A DNA stretch of 64,000 nucleotides, taken from the NCBI RefSeq assembly GCF_004010195.1, contig NC_057718.1, forward strand, positions 87,044,139 to 87,108,138, given 5' to 3'. Position numbers and translations under genes: made by a program. The notes beneath the pieces are model-generated. The model ran no database searches and was not told the origin of the DNA. It saw nothing but the letters and a program-made list of their open reading frames with translations. Shown in pieces: positions 49,725-62,378 of the stretch. The DNA comes from Chiloscyllium plagiosum. Taxonomy: Eukaryota. The stretch's first letter is position 1. Each line of letters opens with the position of its first letter.

Positions 49725-51569
49725 GGGATGATGCAATGTAGGTGTAGGTTGGTTTTGAGGAACATCATATTCTATTTCCCTCTTTTAAACCGATCTGAAT
49801 GTTCCATGCCTGGTTCTCTGTCCTAGCAAATTACTGCCCTCTCTCCAGTCTCCATTTCAAGGAGAATGTTTCTGTTTATTGAATGTTTTTCAAGAAAGTG
49901 ACTCACTACTAACTCTCAATGATAGTTAGAGTTGAGCAATAAATGCTGTCCTTCTTGTGACTCCCACATCTTAACGTCATTGCCTGTAATCAATCTGCTG
50001 CTAAAATACTTACTCACACCTTTGACTATTCCAATGCTCTTCTGATTCCAAATCTCTTGCTCACCAATTCTCCAAATTCTGTAAATTTTAAATTATTTCT
50101 AAACTGCTTTTTCTCCTTCTACCTGTGTCACTACATTGGCTCATGTAAGCTGGATAACTCTGATTTAAAATTTCCAATCTCTCCTTCAGTCCTATACATC
50201 CACCCCACCCTGCAACCCAAACCCCAGAATGCTCTATTACTGAAACTCTGGCATCTTCTGCATCCCCATTTCCTGGTCCCTTGGGACTCACCTTAAAACC
50301 GATCTCTTTGACCATATATTTGGCATTTCTAGCATTGTCTTTGGTTGACCATTCATTTTGTCTGATTGCATCTTTTGATGTTTTTCTGATTAAAGGTGCC
50401 ATAAAATTGCAAGTTGTTTTCAATAAACAATCTGTCATACCAGGTAGCAAAAGTCAGCATAGATTATAAATATGTTGCATGAAAACAATGGCAGTTAATT
50501 GCTGAGCCTCTGTGGCATCATGTGTAATATAGTGTCACTCCCACCTTCTTGACTTCACTGATATCATGTTGCTAAACTGCTTCTAAACTTATTAATATCA
50601 TTCCTTATTACAGGTGGAACTACTTATTCTAATTTCTTATCTGTAAATACATGGGCACTTTATGAACTTTAAGCTTTTTCTCTCAGCCACTTCACGTCAA
50701 GCACTTTCATAAATCACTTGCCTTTACTTCATAATAAATCAGTATCATGTCGGTTTTTATCATGCCTGTATGAGAGGCTTTTCAGGGCTTTCTCATGAAC
50801 ACTTGCTGCATATCTTCATGTTTTACTTAGAATTCTACAGTTTTCTCCTCATTCCTACACAGGTACACAAATTTACTTTGCCATGTTCATCATTACCACC
50901 TCTTCACATTTGTCCTTTGTCCTTTGCTTATGCATGCATTCTCCAGAAGAAGCTATTTGCCACAACTCACATTAATAGATTAAAGAGAATCTGCTAAATT
51001 GAGCTTTCCGAATCATCGTCTTTCCACCAATTAGCAAATTTCCTCACATTTACCTGGATTTATGATGGGTTTATTTCTTGTTCTGGTTGAATGTCTGTTT
51101 AACCAATCCATTATCGATGCTCAGCTCTGTGTGTGTGTTTTTGCTAATTAAATCTCCCATCACAGAGTTCGAGAGAGTATAATTTTTAACGATTAGTTGG
51201 AAATCAAAACATTTAACTTATGTCCCCTTCAAAAGATGAAATCATATAATTTGAAGGATATTTAAAGATGAGCTGGAAGTGTCATGATTTTAATCCAGAG
51301 AATCTTTAAGTGGTATATCGACACCGTTACACTGGGTACTGTATAATCCCACATTACCTGAACATGACTAAGTCCATTCTGATGGAATTGTAAGTTTGTA
51401 AAGCATAGTCAGCTGATTATTCATCTATTGCTATTTTCTGGGCGTATGAGCCATACAAAAATTGATTGCTGCAGTGACTGCTATAGACAGTGTTGACCAT
51501 ACTTCAGGAACAGTCAGAGACTGAGCATACCTTGAAAGATAAGCCCTTGGAAGGTCCGATGCAATGACT

Positions 51570-52000
51570 ATGTGGTAGTGAATCAACTCCACAGAAGCCA
51601 GTACGCTGTCACCAAATCACCCTTTATTTACACATGAAAAGTCCTTAACTCTAGTACTGCCTCTTCAGAGTCAGCTATTAGATTGCCAGGATCTCTGAAA
51701 CACCTCTTTTTGTCATCTTTAAAAGAGACAAAACTGAAACTTCAGAGACAGCTCAGGTTGTGGGGCATAGGCTCCTGTAGGACGTATAGGAGCCTGGGGC
51801 CAATGTGAAATTCCACCTGAGCACAGGTACGCGCAGACGAGTTTCCACCACACATCTGAGTATCCTCCAACTGGTGCGCAGTGTCGGATCCAAGCACCGC
51901 CATCTCAAGGCAGTAAATGACAATGGCCATGAACCGGATGTCCACCACCACCCTGTGCCACTCCTCTTTTTATCTGTCAGCCAGGGCTCCTTGATTGAAC
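51570..52000 (-). mobile_element. LTR of Gypsy element A, interrupted by a probable L1/Tx1 fragment (about 51740-51955)
   Basis: ACTCCACAGA.GC..GTA...TCACCC.TTATT.ACACATGAAAAGTCCTT shared with 56600-56760; insert encodes EFHIGPR...PMPHNLS. Confidence 0.6.
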
Positions 52001-52001
52001 T

Positions 52002-53300
52002 TGTTATTGACCAGGGAAAACATTTCAAGAAGGAAGCCCAGACCTTAACTTTGAGTTGTTTTGAGCAAGTGGAAAGTAGATATTCCAGGACTGATGTGGC
52101 TGGTCAAAAACACTTGGTCTCAAACAAAACAGCATTTATTTACAGAGTACTGAATGAAACACAAACAAAAAAGAGAAACGAATACAGAATAACTCAGCCT
52201 ATCTGAAAACCCAAACCTCTCTAAGGGCATCATAGGTTTGCTCTATTTTTAATGCCCTTATCCACCTATCAACATTACTTTGTTTAATTGTTTCAAACTT
52301 AATGTAGGTTGACCAGGTTCCCTCCTTTGATTCCTGAAACATTGTCTGTTGGCTTCTGACACAAGCTCATATGCATTTAAGATGTCTGTCTTCACCTCCT
52401 CATACACCCCAGATACCTCCTCTAACAGTGATGCAAATACCTCACTAGCTCGACCTACAAGTTTTTTTTGGATCAACAACACCCACATGGTCACCCAAAG
52501 GTGCATTTGTTTAGCCACCTTTTCAAAATGAGATGAAAAAGTTGTCTACATCCTTCTCATCAAGTTTAGGCAATGCTTGAATATATTTAAACAGATTTTC
52601 ATTAGGCCTTTTGCTACCATGGGTTTGCTCATCCTCACTCTCTTCCTCACTAAGCTTACCTTCAGCCTTCATCTCCATCCTTTTAAACTGACTTTCCTCT
52701 TTAAGTGCGAATTTCTGCCAATTTCAAACTCCTTCTTTCTTCCTTTCCTCTCTCTCCCTTTCTCTCTCTTTCTCTCTCTCTCTCTCCCCCTTTTCTTCCT
52801 ACTGAAGCAATTCATTCTTTTTCTCTTTCCACTGCTTTTAATCCTAATTCAAACAGTTTCATTTCTGTTGCCCTTTCCTTATCTTTTGCCTGTAGCTCAA
52901 GTTGCTTCATTATAATTGAATTTTAACCATCTCCAAAGATTCTGATGGCAATTCCAGCAAATTTAAATACTGAGTGATTGCTGTAATTATCTAATCTTTC
53001 CTCACGGAAAGAGGCAGCTCCAACTCCAGATTGTCTGCAAAGTCCAGCAGCTTGGACTTATTTACCTTTTGTAAAACCCCCAAGTCATTTCTTCCATCCC
53101 CAGAAAACTTGTGGTGACTGAAAGAGCCATTGCTATCCTAAGCACTGTTTAAACTAACCGAAATCAACATCCAGAACAAAGGACTCTTAATACCTACCAC
53201 ACACTGCCTTCAAGTCAAACAGCCCTAACCCCAAATCGGAGCTATGGAACAAATCCCACAAAGAGCGTCAATCTGTTATGGACCAGGCCACACCTCCTGG
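52002..53300 (-). mobile_element. Gypsy element B (Gmr1/SCAN-type gag), LTR fragments + decayed gag
   Basis: KLVGRASEVFASL..EVSGVYEEVKTDILNAYELVSEANRQCFRN; LTR pieces at 52002-52225 and from 53274 (TGTTATGGACCAGG) match the solo LTR at 58012. Confidence 0.82.
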
Positions 53301-53349
53301 AGTCTCTGCGTTTATGTCCCCTCTGAGAACAAAACCCAACAACAACATA

Positions 53350-54580
53350 GCTGAAAATGTGTTGCTGGAAAAGCGCAGCAGGTCAGGCAGCATCCAAGGA
53401 ACAGGAGAATCGACGTTTTGGGCATAAGCCCTTCTTCAGGAATGAGGAAAGTGTGTCCAGCAGGCTAAGATAAAAGGTAGGGAGGAGGGACTTGGGGGAG
53501 GGGCGTTGGAAATGCGATAGGTGGANNNNNNNNNNNNNNNNNNNNNNNNNNNNNNNNNNNNNNNNNNNNNNNNNNNNNNNNNNNNNNNNNNNNNNNNNNN
53601 NNNNNNNNNNNNNNNNNNNNNNNNNNNNNNNNNNNNNNNNNNNNNNNNNNNNNNNNNNNNNNNNNNNNNNNNNNNNNNNNNNNNNNNNNNNNNNNNNNNN
53701 NNNNNNNNNNNNNNNNNNNNNNNNNNNNNNNNNNNNNNNNNNNNNNNNNNNNNNNNNNNNNNNNNNNNNNNNNNNNNNNNNNNNNNNNNNNNNNNNNNNN
53801 NNNNNNNNNNNNNNNNNNNNNNNNNNNNNNNNNNNNNNNNNNNNNNNNNNNNNNNNNNNNNNNNNNNNNNNNNNNNNNNNNNNNNNNNNNNNNNNNNNNN
53901 NNNNNNNNNNNNNNNNNNNNNNNNNNNNNNNNNNNNNNNNNNNNNNNNNNNNNNNNNNNNNNNNNNNNNNNNNNNNNNNNNNNNNNNNNNNNNNNNNNNN
54001 NNNNNNNNNNNNNNNNNNNNNNNNNNNNNNNNNNNNNNNNNNNNNNNNNNNNNNNNNNNNNNNNNNNNNNNNNNNNNNNNNNNNNNNNNNNNNNNNNNNN
54101 NNNNNNNNNNNNNNNNNNNNNNNNNNNNNNNNNNNNNNNNNNNNNNNNNNNNNNNNNNNNNNNNNNNNNNNNNNNNNNNNNNNNNNNNNNNNNNNNNNNN
54201 NNNNNNNNNNNNNNNNNNNNNNNNNNNNNNNNNNNNNNNNNNNNNNNNNNNNNNNNNNNNNNNNNNNNNNNNNNNNNNNNNNNNNNNNNNNNNNNNNNNN
54301 NNNNNNNNNNNNNNNNNNNNNNNNNNNNNNNNNNNNNNNNNNNNNNNNNNNNNNNNNNNNNNNNNNNNACCCTACTCCGACCTATCACCTTCACCTTTAC
54401 CTCTTTCCACCTATCACATTTCCAACTCCCCTCCTCCAAGTCCCTCCTCCCTACCTTTTATCTTCTCCTGCTGAACACTCTCTGCTCATTCCTGAAGAAG
54501 GGCCTGTGCCCGAAACGTCGAATCTCCTGTTCCCTGGATGCTGCCTGACCTGCTGTGCTGTTCCAGCAATAAAGTTTCAA
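53350..54580. mobile_element. Inverted pair of Penelope 3' ends flanking an assembly gap (N 53526-54368)
   Basis: Left arm minus, right arm plus, mutually reverse-complementary; hammerhead motif on each. Confidence 0.8.
54488..54523 (+). ncRNA. Minimal type I hammerhead ribozyme (best-preserved copy)
   Basis: ATTC-CTGAAGA-A-GGGC-CTGT-GCCC-GAAAC-GTC^-GAAT: helix I ATTC/GAAT, helix II GGGC/GCCC, palindromic ACGT helix III, GUC site at 54517-54519. Confidence 0.78.
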
Positions 54581-54589
54581 CAATAACTG

Positions 54590-56830
54590 TTTCTTTACTT
54601 CCCTGTAGGTTGGGTTTGTCTGTGCAACCATTTCTAAGGCTGACCCTTTTTTTAAAGAGTTGATGTAAAAGTGCCAGGATGGATGTCACGTTATGTATGA
54701 ACGTTCTGTAATACTTTGCCAGCCCAAGAAATTACCTAAGCTCCTGCATACCTGAGAGCCAGGGCACCTTTTATCACCCTCACTTTATTTTCCAACAGGT
54801 GTAACCCAGTCTTGTCAACTCTGTAGCCCATTTGGGGCGCCTGGAACACACATTTTCCCCTTCTAAGGCAAGTATCTGCCTTGGAAAAATACCTTAGTAC
54901 TATGTCCAAGTTTTCTAAAGTGGACCTGAGGTAGACTTTGCAAAATATTCCCCCTGGTCCATTGAAATATTGAACAGGCTGATGATACTCCAAATGGCAG
55001 TTTTGCATATTGGTACAAGCCCTTAGTATTAATTGTAGCATACTTCTGGGAATCCTTGTCCAAACATAATTGCAAATGTGGCTTATGTCCAGCTTTGTGA
55101 AGGACAGCATCCCCTGCCAGCTTTGCATGCAAACCCTCTATCTGAGGGACTTGGTATCTATCCAGCTGTGAAAAGTGGTTTAATGTTTATTTAAAATCTC
55201 CACAAAGGCAAACGACCTGTCAGGCTTCAAAATTGGTACGATTGGTGCTGCCCATTCTGCAAACCAGAGTGGTTTGATGATTCCTTCACTTTCCAGCCTT
55301 CTGATTTCTACCTCTACTTTTGCCCATATGGCAAATGGCACTGGGCAGATCTTGCAGCATTGTGGAATTACTTCCTCTCAACTAGCAAGATGGTCTTCAT
55401 CCTCTGATAATCCCTGGACCTTCCTGGAAGATGTCCGGGTATTTAATTAGGACTTCACTTGGATAGTCATTTTCTAATTGAAAAATGTTGAGCGAATCTA
55501 AGTGAGTCTCTTGCAACCAATTTTATTCCATTATTTATGGGCCCAAGCTTTTTACTACAATCAGTGGTAACTGAACCACTTATTTTTCGTAAGGGACTGG
55601 AACTGAAGTTGTACTCTTAAATCTGCAAACATTCCCCAGTATAGGATCTCAGCCTAACCGAGATCTTGTACAAACTTAAGGGCTGGAGCCCAGAGGAAAG
55701 TGTGTTAAAGACTGTTTCTGCAATCACTGATATGGGTGCACCGGTATCAACCTCCATGAGAAGCAGATGACCATTTAACCAAGTGTTTATTTTGAATGGT
55801 CTGATTTGCATGTTGCTAAGCAATTTAACTCGTCCAAACCAGGTGCTGGTGGACTTTCCAGAGTATGATACACTCCTGGATACCAGTCTATAAGTTTTCT
55901 TTCTCAATTTAAGTCTAACAGAACTCTTTAGGATTACAAGAATGGCTTGCTGGCCTGGATCCTGAAGAAAATTTTAACCATTTAACAGAGGATTGGCTTT
56001 GTTTCAGGATTTTGTTATGCTGACCTAGAGACCCTCTGTTCAGGATATGTCCAGAATGAGGCAATGCAATTGCCTTCACTCATGTGGTGTTCCCTAAGTT
56101 CTGTTGGATTGGTGAGGATGTCCACTTCTATTATATGCTCCACGTGTCGCATTTTCCAATGATGAAGCCAGTAGTACCTCCTGTTTGAAGAAGTTCAGTA
56201 GGGCTTCAGTTAGTGGGCATTTTTGCACAGTTAGTCATTAATCCCACATGCCAAACGGTCTCTCAGGTCTCATTAAAAGGTTAAACCAAAGTCACATGCA
56301 TCTGCCAGTCTTCTTAACCTCATAAAACTTCTGATACAGATCCCCCTGGCTCTCGAATTGCTGAGTAAAAACAAAAGCATCTTAGAATTAGAGGAGGCTT
56401 GGGATCATAAGAAAGTTGGTCTCCAATTGACAGAAAATGCATTCTTTCCACATACTGGGCCCAGTCCCCGACATAAGGGTTGAACGTGTCAAGCTTCCCA
56501 AACAAAGGCATGATATAAGAAATGCTCATCCCGACTCAAAGACAACTGTTGCGAGCGTGTTTCTTCAGGATCAAGTTTTACTCCGGTCACCACCGAAATA
56601 ACTCCACAGAGGCTGGTATCCTGTTACCAAGTCACCCCTTATTTACACATGAAAAGTCCTTGATCCTGTTACTGCCTTTTCCAAGGCAGCTGTCAGAGTG
56701 TTAGAAGCTCTGACATTCCTCTTTTCATCTGCCTGCTAGGACTGCTTGATTGGACCAGATTTAAAGCCCCAATCAGGGAACTCATATTCTATGAGGTCCA
56801 CCTAGCTGACCTCATTACAACCACTATAGT
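54590..56830 (-). mobile_element. Gypsy element A: LTR (about 56590-56830), gag, protease and RT, decayed
   Basis: MPLFGKLDTFNPYVGDWAQYVERM (gag); LNGHLLLMEVDTGAPISVI (aspartic protease); FTKLD...KYATINTKGLYQYAKLPFGVSSACSIFQ (RT). Confidence 0.9.
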
Positions 56831-57599
56831 AGTTGCCCAGAAAGTTTCAACTTTTGATGGGCAGTTAACTGACATTGTAACCCTCTGAAAAGCCTCTTAC
56901 ACTGAGTTAGAGATTTTGGAGAGATACAGTTACCTGAACAATTAGCGTGGAAATGTTAGAGGGACTGAAACCTGCTCTCGCTCCTGGATAACTACCCTGC
57001 TCTCCAACCTCTCCCTCAACCCAGAACAACTTAATGTTGGTTTCCTAATGCATACTGAGACCCACCTACCCCCAATACCACCCCCCCACATCCAGGCAAC
57101 TAATCCTTGCACCCAACACACCACTACACACCCCCTCACTCCACGTCACCCTACCTCGTGATCCACTTGTCACCTAAAAAAGACCCAATCCTCCTGCCTC
57201 TCAAACTCATCACTCACTCAACTGCCATCACACTCACTCACTCACACCCATCTCAACCACTTTCCTTCTCCACTTGCCTTCTTTCAGTAGCTTGTCAAAG
57301 AGCTTTGAGACTCTTTACCTTTATTTACTTACTGGATTACAGCAATTAATACTGTAAAAATGGAATTACCTTCTACAAAAATTCCTTATGTTGCTCTTTG
57401 CAAGGTTTGCTGCACTGCCTGAGTTACAGTGGATTCTCCATTGGAAGTTGGGCCTGAAAGATTATGGGAAGCTAAATTGCAAATTTTATATGTGATCTGG
57501 AATTAAAGATCTTGGAACACAACCACCAATGCAACCACTATTTCTAGGGCCACTTCCTTAAGTATTGTGTGATGTAGAATATCAGGCCCTAGGATTTAA

Positions 57600-60500
57600 C
57601 AGCCTTAATCCCATCAATTTCTCCAACACCATTTCTCTAATAATACAGATTTACTTCCATTCCTCCCGCTCACTAAACCCTGTTTGCCCCATCATTTCTG
57701 GTATGTTATTCATACTACTCCTTTCTGAAGACAGAAGCTAAGTGTGAATTTAGATCGTCAGCTATTTCTTTGGTTCCCATTATAAATTATCCTACTTTTG
57801 ACTGTAGGGGACCTATATTAGTTTTCCTCGATCTTTTTCTCTTTACTTATCTGTAGAAAATTTTCAAGTAGTTCTTATGTCCCCCTCAATATTACTCTCA
57901 CACTCTATTTTCCCCTTCTAAATCAATCCTTCATCATCCTTTGCTGACTTCTAAACTGTTTGCAAACCTGTTGATTTTACTTTCCAATTTTTATGCATCT
58001 CTTTTGCATCTTGTTATGGACCAGGTCAGACCCTCTCAAAACATTTCAAGAAAGTAGCCCAGACCCTAACTTTGCTTGTTGTTTTAGGCAGGTGTTAAGT
58101 GGATATTCCAGGAGAGATGCAGCTGGTAAAACCACTTAGCTTAAAACAAAACAGAATTTATTTATGAGATTTACCGAATGAAACACAAACAAAAGAGAAC
58201 AGAATACCAAATAACTTAATCTTTCTGAAAACCCGACAAATTATCCCAAATGCTTAGAACAATCCCCATAAGCACCCTTGGCACAAAAGGAAAAATCAAA
58301 CACAGGGTCTTACGAGAGAGAGAAATGGCAGAGGGACTCAGCATGGAACACTTTCTTCCATGTAGCTGTTTCTTGGACCAGCAGCCTCAAAACTGACTGC
58401 TGCTTTCTGTGAACAGCCAGACTGCTAAAACCAAACCAGAGAAAAGCTGAGCTGGGCGAACTGGCCATTCACCTTTCATTGTACAAGTGCTTTTCTAAAA
58501 AAAAAACTTGATAGCATTTTTAAATGGATCAACCCCAGACATTTCGGAGTCTGTGTCTTTACGACCCCTGAAAGAAAAAAAACAAGGACAACCTAACCTT
58601 GTTAAAGGAGCATCATCACCACATTCTAACACTACCTCTAATGTTCCTCATAATGCTTCGTCTGGTCACTGTTCTCTTTTTACATTTGCGCCAAACAGGA
58701 ATAAAAAAATTTTTCTAGTTCACGCATTTGCTCTTTCAATGTTTGCCATTGCCAATTCACTGTAATTCCTTTCAGTGAAACTTCTCAATCTATTATAGCC
58801 AATACCATCGTAGATTCCCTTATTAAGATTCAGGAACCTAGTCTTAGAATCAGCTACTTCATTCTCCATCTTGATGATAACTCCATCATATTCTGGCCAC
58901 TGATCTCCAAGGGGTTCTTCACAACTACATTTCCAATTATTCCTCTCATTGCATAATACCTAATCAAAGATGGCCCATTCTCTCGTTGGTTCCTCAATGT
59001 ATTAGTCCAGAAAACCATCCTATATCTACTCTACGAGTTCCTCCTCTACTGTATTTTGACTGAGTTGATTCACCCAAAAATATGCAGATTAAAGTCACAT
59101 ATAATTACAGATGTTCCTTTGTCGCACATATCTCTGATTTCCTGTTTAAAGCCTTTCCCAACATCACCACTACATGTTGGTGGTCTGTATGCCACCCTCA
59201 TTAATGGTTTTGCCCCTTGATAATTCTCAAATCTATACACACAGATTCTAAATTATCTGAACTAATATCGTCCCTCAATATTGTGTTTGTATCTTCTATA
59301 ACCAGTAATGCAAACTTCACCACTTTTCCTTTTTGACTCCTTCCAAAATACTGAATACACTTGGTTATTCAGCTTACACCCCTGGATACCCTGCAGCCAC
59401 ATCTTTGTAATCCTAACTACATCTATTTGTGCAATTAATTCATCCACTTTATTTCAAATGCTCCATGCATTCAGACACAAAGCTTCAGGCTTGTCTTTTT
59501 AACATTCTTTGTCCCATTCCCACTTTTTCTAGCCATGGCATTGTTTGATTCTAACCTTTGATTCCTCTGTCTATCATTTCTCTTATTCCCCCCTTTCTGT
59601 CTTTTGTTCTTGTTTTTGTTTCTCGTTCCCTTGACTTCTTGCATAGGTTCTCATTCCCCTGTCAGAGAATCATACAGCATGTCAAACAGACCCGTCAGAA
59701 TAATTGTCCATTCCAACAAGGTTTCCCATTTGCCTGCATTTGGCCAATAACCCTCTAAATCTTTCTGATTCATATTTCTGTATTCATATGTCTTTTAAAT
59801 GTTGTAACTGTGCCTGCATCTACCACTTCCTCTGGCAGTTCATTCTACATTGGAGCGACCCTCTGTGTGGAAAAAGTTGCCCATCATGTCCCTTTTAAAA
59901 CTTTCTCCTCTCACCTTAAAAATATGCCCTCTAGTTTTAAACTCCTCTATCAAGGGTCCAGAAATATGGCAAAGTGAGTACCAAAATGCAGACCCATTAC
60001 CTGCCAATTGTCACAAAAGGTGATGTTGGGCGCTAAATCTACTACTTCATTGTAGCAATTGGTCCATGATGTTACTTAACATCAGCTCTTCTTGCTTAAA
60101 TGCTACAATTTCAGCTTGTCTCAATTCATAGCCCTCTATCTAACACAGAAGGCTGGGGATTCAAATTCATCACACAATTTAGGCTGATGTACCAGCTCAT
60201 TATCATAAGTTCATAAGATATAGGAGCAGAATTAGACCATTCTGCCCATTGAGTTCGCTCCACCATTCCATCATGGCTGATATGCTCCTAATTCCCATTT
60301 TCCTGCCTTCTCTCCAGATCCTTTCAACCCATTACCAATTAAAAATCTGTCTAACTCCTCCTTAAATTTACTCAGTGCCCCAGCATCCACTGCAACATCC
60401 ACAAAAGAGGAAGCATCCACTGTGCAGAATATTTCAGTTGTGGTCTCACCAATGCCTTATATAGTTATAACAATACTTCTTTACCTCTATATTCTATTCC

Positions 60501-61392
60501 TTTAGCGAGAAAAACCAATTCACTTTTTTTATTATCTGCTGTACATGCATGCTAGTTTTCTATGACTCATGAACAAGGACACCCAGATCCCTCTGTACCA
60601 TAGCATCCTGAAGTCTCTTCCATTTAGAGAAGTCATCTTCCCATTTTTCTGACCAAAATGCATGACCTCACACTAACCCACATTAAACTCAATCTGTCAC
60701 ATTTTGGCCCACTCTCCTAACCTATCTGTCCATTTATAAGGTTTTTTTTTCCTCATTGCAATTTACCATCCCACCTATTTTTGTTATCTGCAAATTTGGC
60801 TAAAGAGCCTTCTATCTCTGTATCCAAGTCATTAATGTAGATTGTAAATAGCAGGGGCCCAAGGACCAAACCCTGTAGCACCCCACTAGTTACATCTTGC
60901 CATTCAGAAAAAAAACTCATTTATCCTGGCTCTCTGTGTTCTGTCCATCAGCCAGTCACCCATCCAAGCGATTAAAATACCCTTAATCCCATATGATCCA
61001 ACCTTGTGAATTAACCTTTGTGTGCGGCACCTTATCAAACACCTTCTGAAACTCCAGTTATATTGCATCTACAGGATCCTCATTATCCACTTTGCTTGTT
61101 ACATCTTTGACAAACTCTCTCAAATTAGTCAAGCATGATCTGTCCTTCAAACAACCTGTTGGATAGCGTTTTGACTTTCCAAATGTCCTGATTTTGCTTC
61201 CTTGTTAATTGATTCTAATACTTTCCCAACAACGGATGTTAAACTAACTGGTCTATAATTTCCCACATATTGTCTCCCTCCCTTTTTGAATAAGGGTGTT
61301 ACAGTAGCGTTTTTCCAATCCGCCGCAACTTTTCCCATGTCCAGGGAATTTTGGAATATTGTAACCAATGGATCTACTATCTCCATTACCAA
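57600..61392 (-). mobile_element. Several decayed CR1 LINE fragments
   Basis: WKNATVTPLFKKGGRQYVGNYRPVSLTSVVGKVLESI (61147-61392); DELIAQIDVVRITKMWLQG (endonuclease); CR1 tails near 59665 and 60205. Confidence 0.85.
58012..58623 (-). mobile_element. Solo LTR of Gypsy family B
   Basis: TG...CA ends; homologous to 52002-52225, 53274 and (reverse complement) 24092-24739; flanks ATCT/TTCT resemble a 4-bp TSD. Confidence 0.78.
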
Positions 61393-61682
61393 AGTTTGTC
61401 TTTCATTGAGAAATAATAGCTTTGGGATGAAATATTAAACTTGCCTATCATTTCAGCTAGGTATGAAACCTCCCGGGTGGTATTTTGAAAGAATTTTCTC
61501 AGCGTCACATCCAAAGTTCCTTAACGTGATTCCACTTCTTGTCATTTCAGTGATGTTACTGCATGCAAATTGACTGCAGTTCAAAATAAATTAATCAGTT
61601 ACAAAGTACTTTGAGAAATTATAACAATGCATAATCTTCCAAGTTCTTTTATTTACTTAACGATTAAACTGATATGTTTCAG

Positions 61683-61836
61683 ATAGCACATCCACCTATC
61701 CCATTGGAAGCAACCAGTTATCGCAGAGTTTCGGCTTAATGATAAACGCAGATCATGATTTTAATGAACCATTAGAGTACAGAGTCAGCTGCACGGAAAA
61801 TTGGATTGATTATGAAGACTTTTTCAACTGTTTCCA
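61683..61836 (+). CDS. ADGB: Androglobin coding exon (DSTSTYPIG...RVSCTENWIDYEDFFNCFQ), phase 1-2
   Basis: gtttcag acceptor, CCA|gtaagt donor; ENWIDYEDFFNCFQ matches ADGB EIWLDFEDFCVCFQ (calpain FWMSFEDF-like motif). Confidence 0.93.
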
Positions 61837-62083
61837 GTAAGTCCATATTCCTGCAATTATTATTCATTTGAGCAGTTTCAAATTTAAGTTTTTCTAATTC
61901 TAGTTTTCAACTAATCCTTCCTGTCTCAAAGTCAGATTTGAACAAATCAGGAATCAAAAATGATTGGGCTTCAATCCCTGGGTCTACAATAGGGTTCCAC
62001 CTACTGGACACCTTCAGCTTGGACCCTGCTGGCGTTCCTGTCGTCAATGGAAGGGCAGGCCCTTTTGCATGGGGCCGATAATG

Positions 62084-62378
62084 ATTAGATTAGATTAGAT
62101 TCCCTACAGTGTGGAAACAGGCCCTTCGGCCCAACAAGTCCACATCGACCCTCTGAAGAGCAACCCACCCAGACCCATTCCCCTACATTCACCCCTGACT
62201 AATGCACCTAACACTACGGGCAATTTAACATGGCCAGTTCACTTGACCTGCACATCTTTGTACTGTGGGAGGAAACCGGAGCACTCGGAGGAAACCCACA
62301 CAGACACAGGGAGAATGTGCAAACTCCACACAGGCAGTTGCCCAAGGCGGGAATTGAACCCGGGTCCCTGGCGCTGTA
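62084..62378 (-). mobile_element. HE1-like V-SINE, head partly missing
   Basis: (TTAGA)n tail, V-domain, B-box. Confidence 0.9.

Noticed and set aside
53465..54586. Three ORFs of more than 300 aa in the ORF track
   Set aside because: Artefacts of translating the N gap
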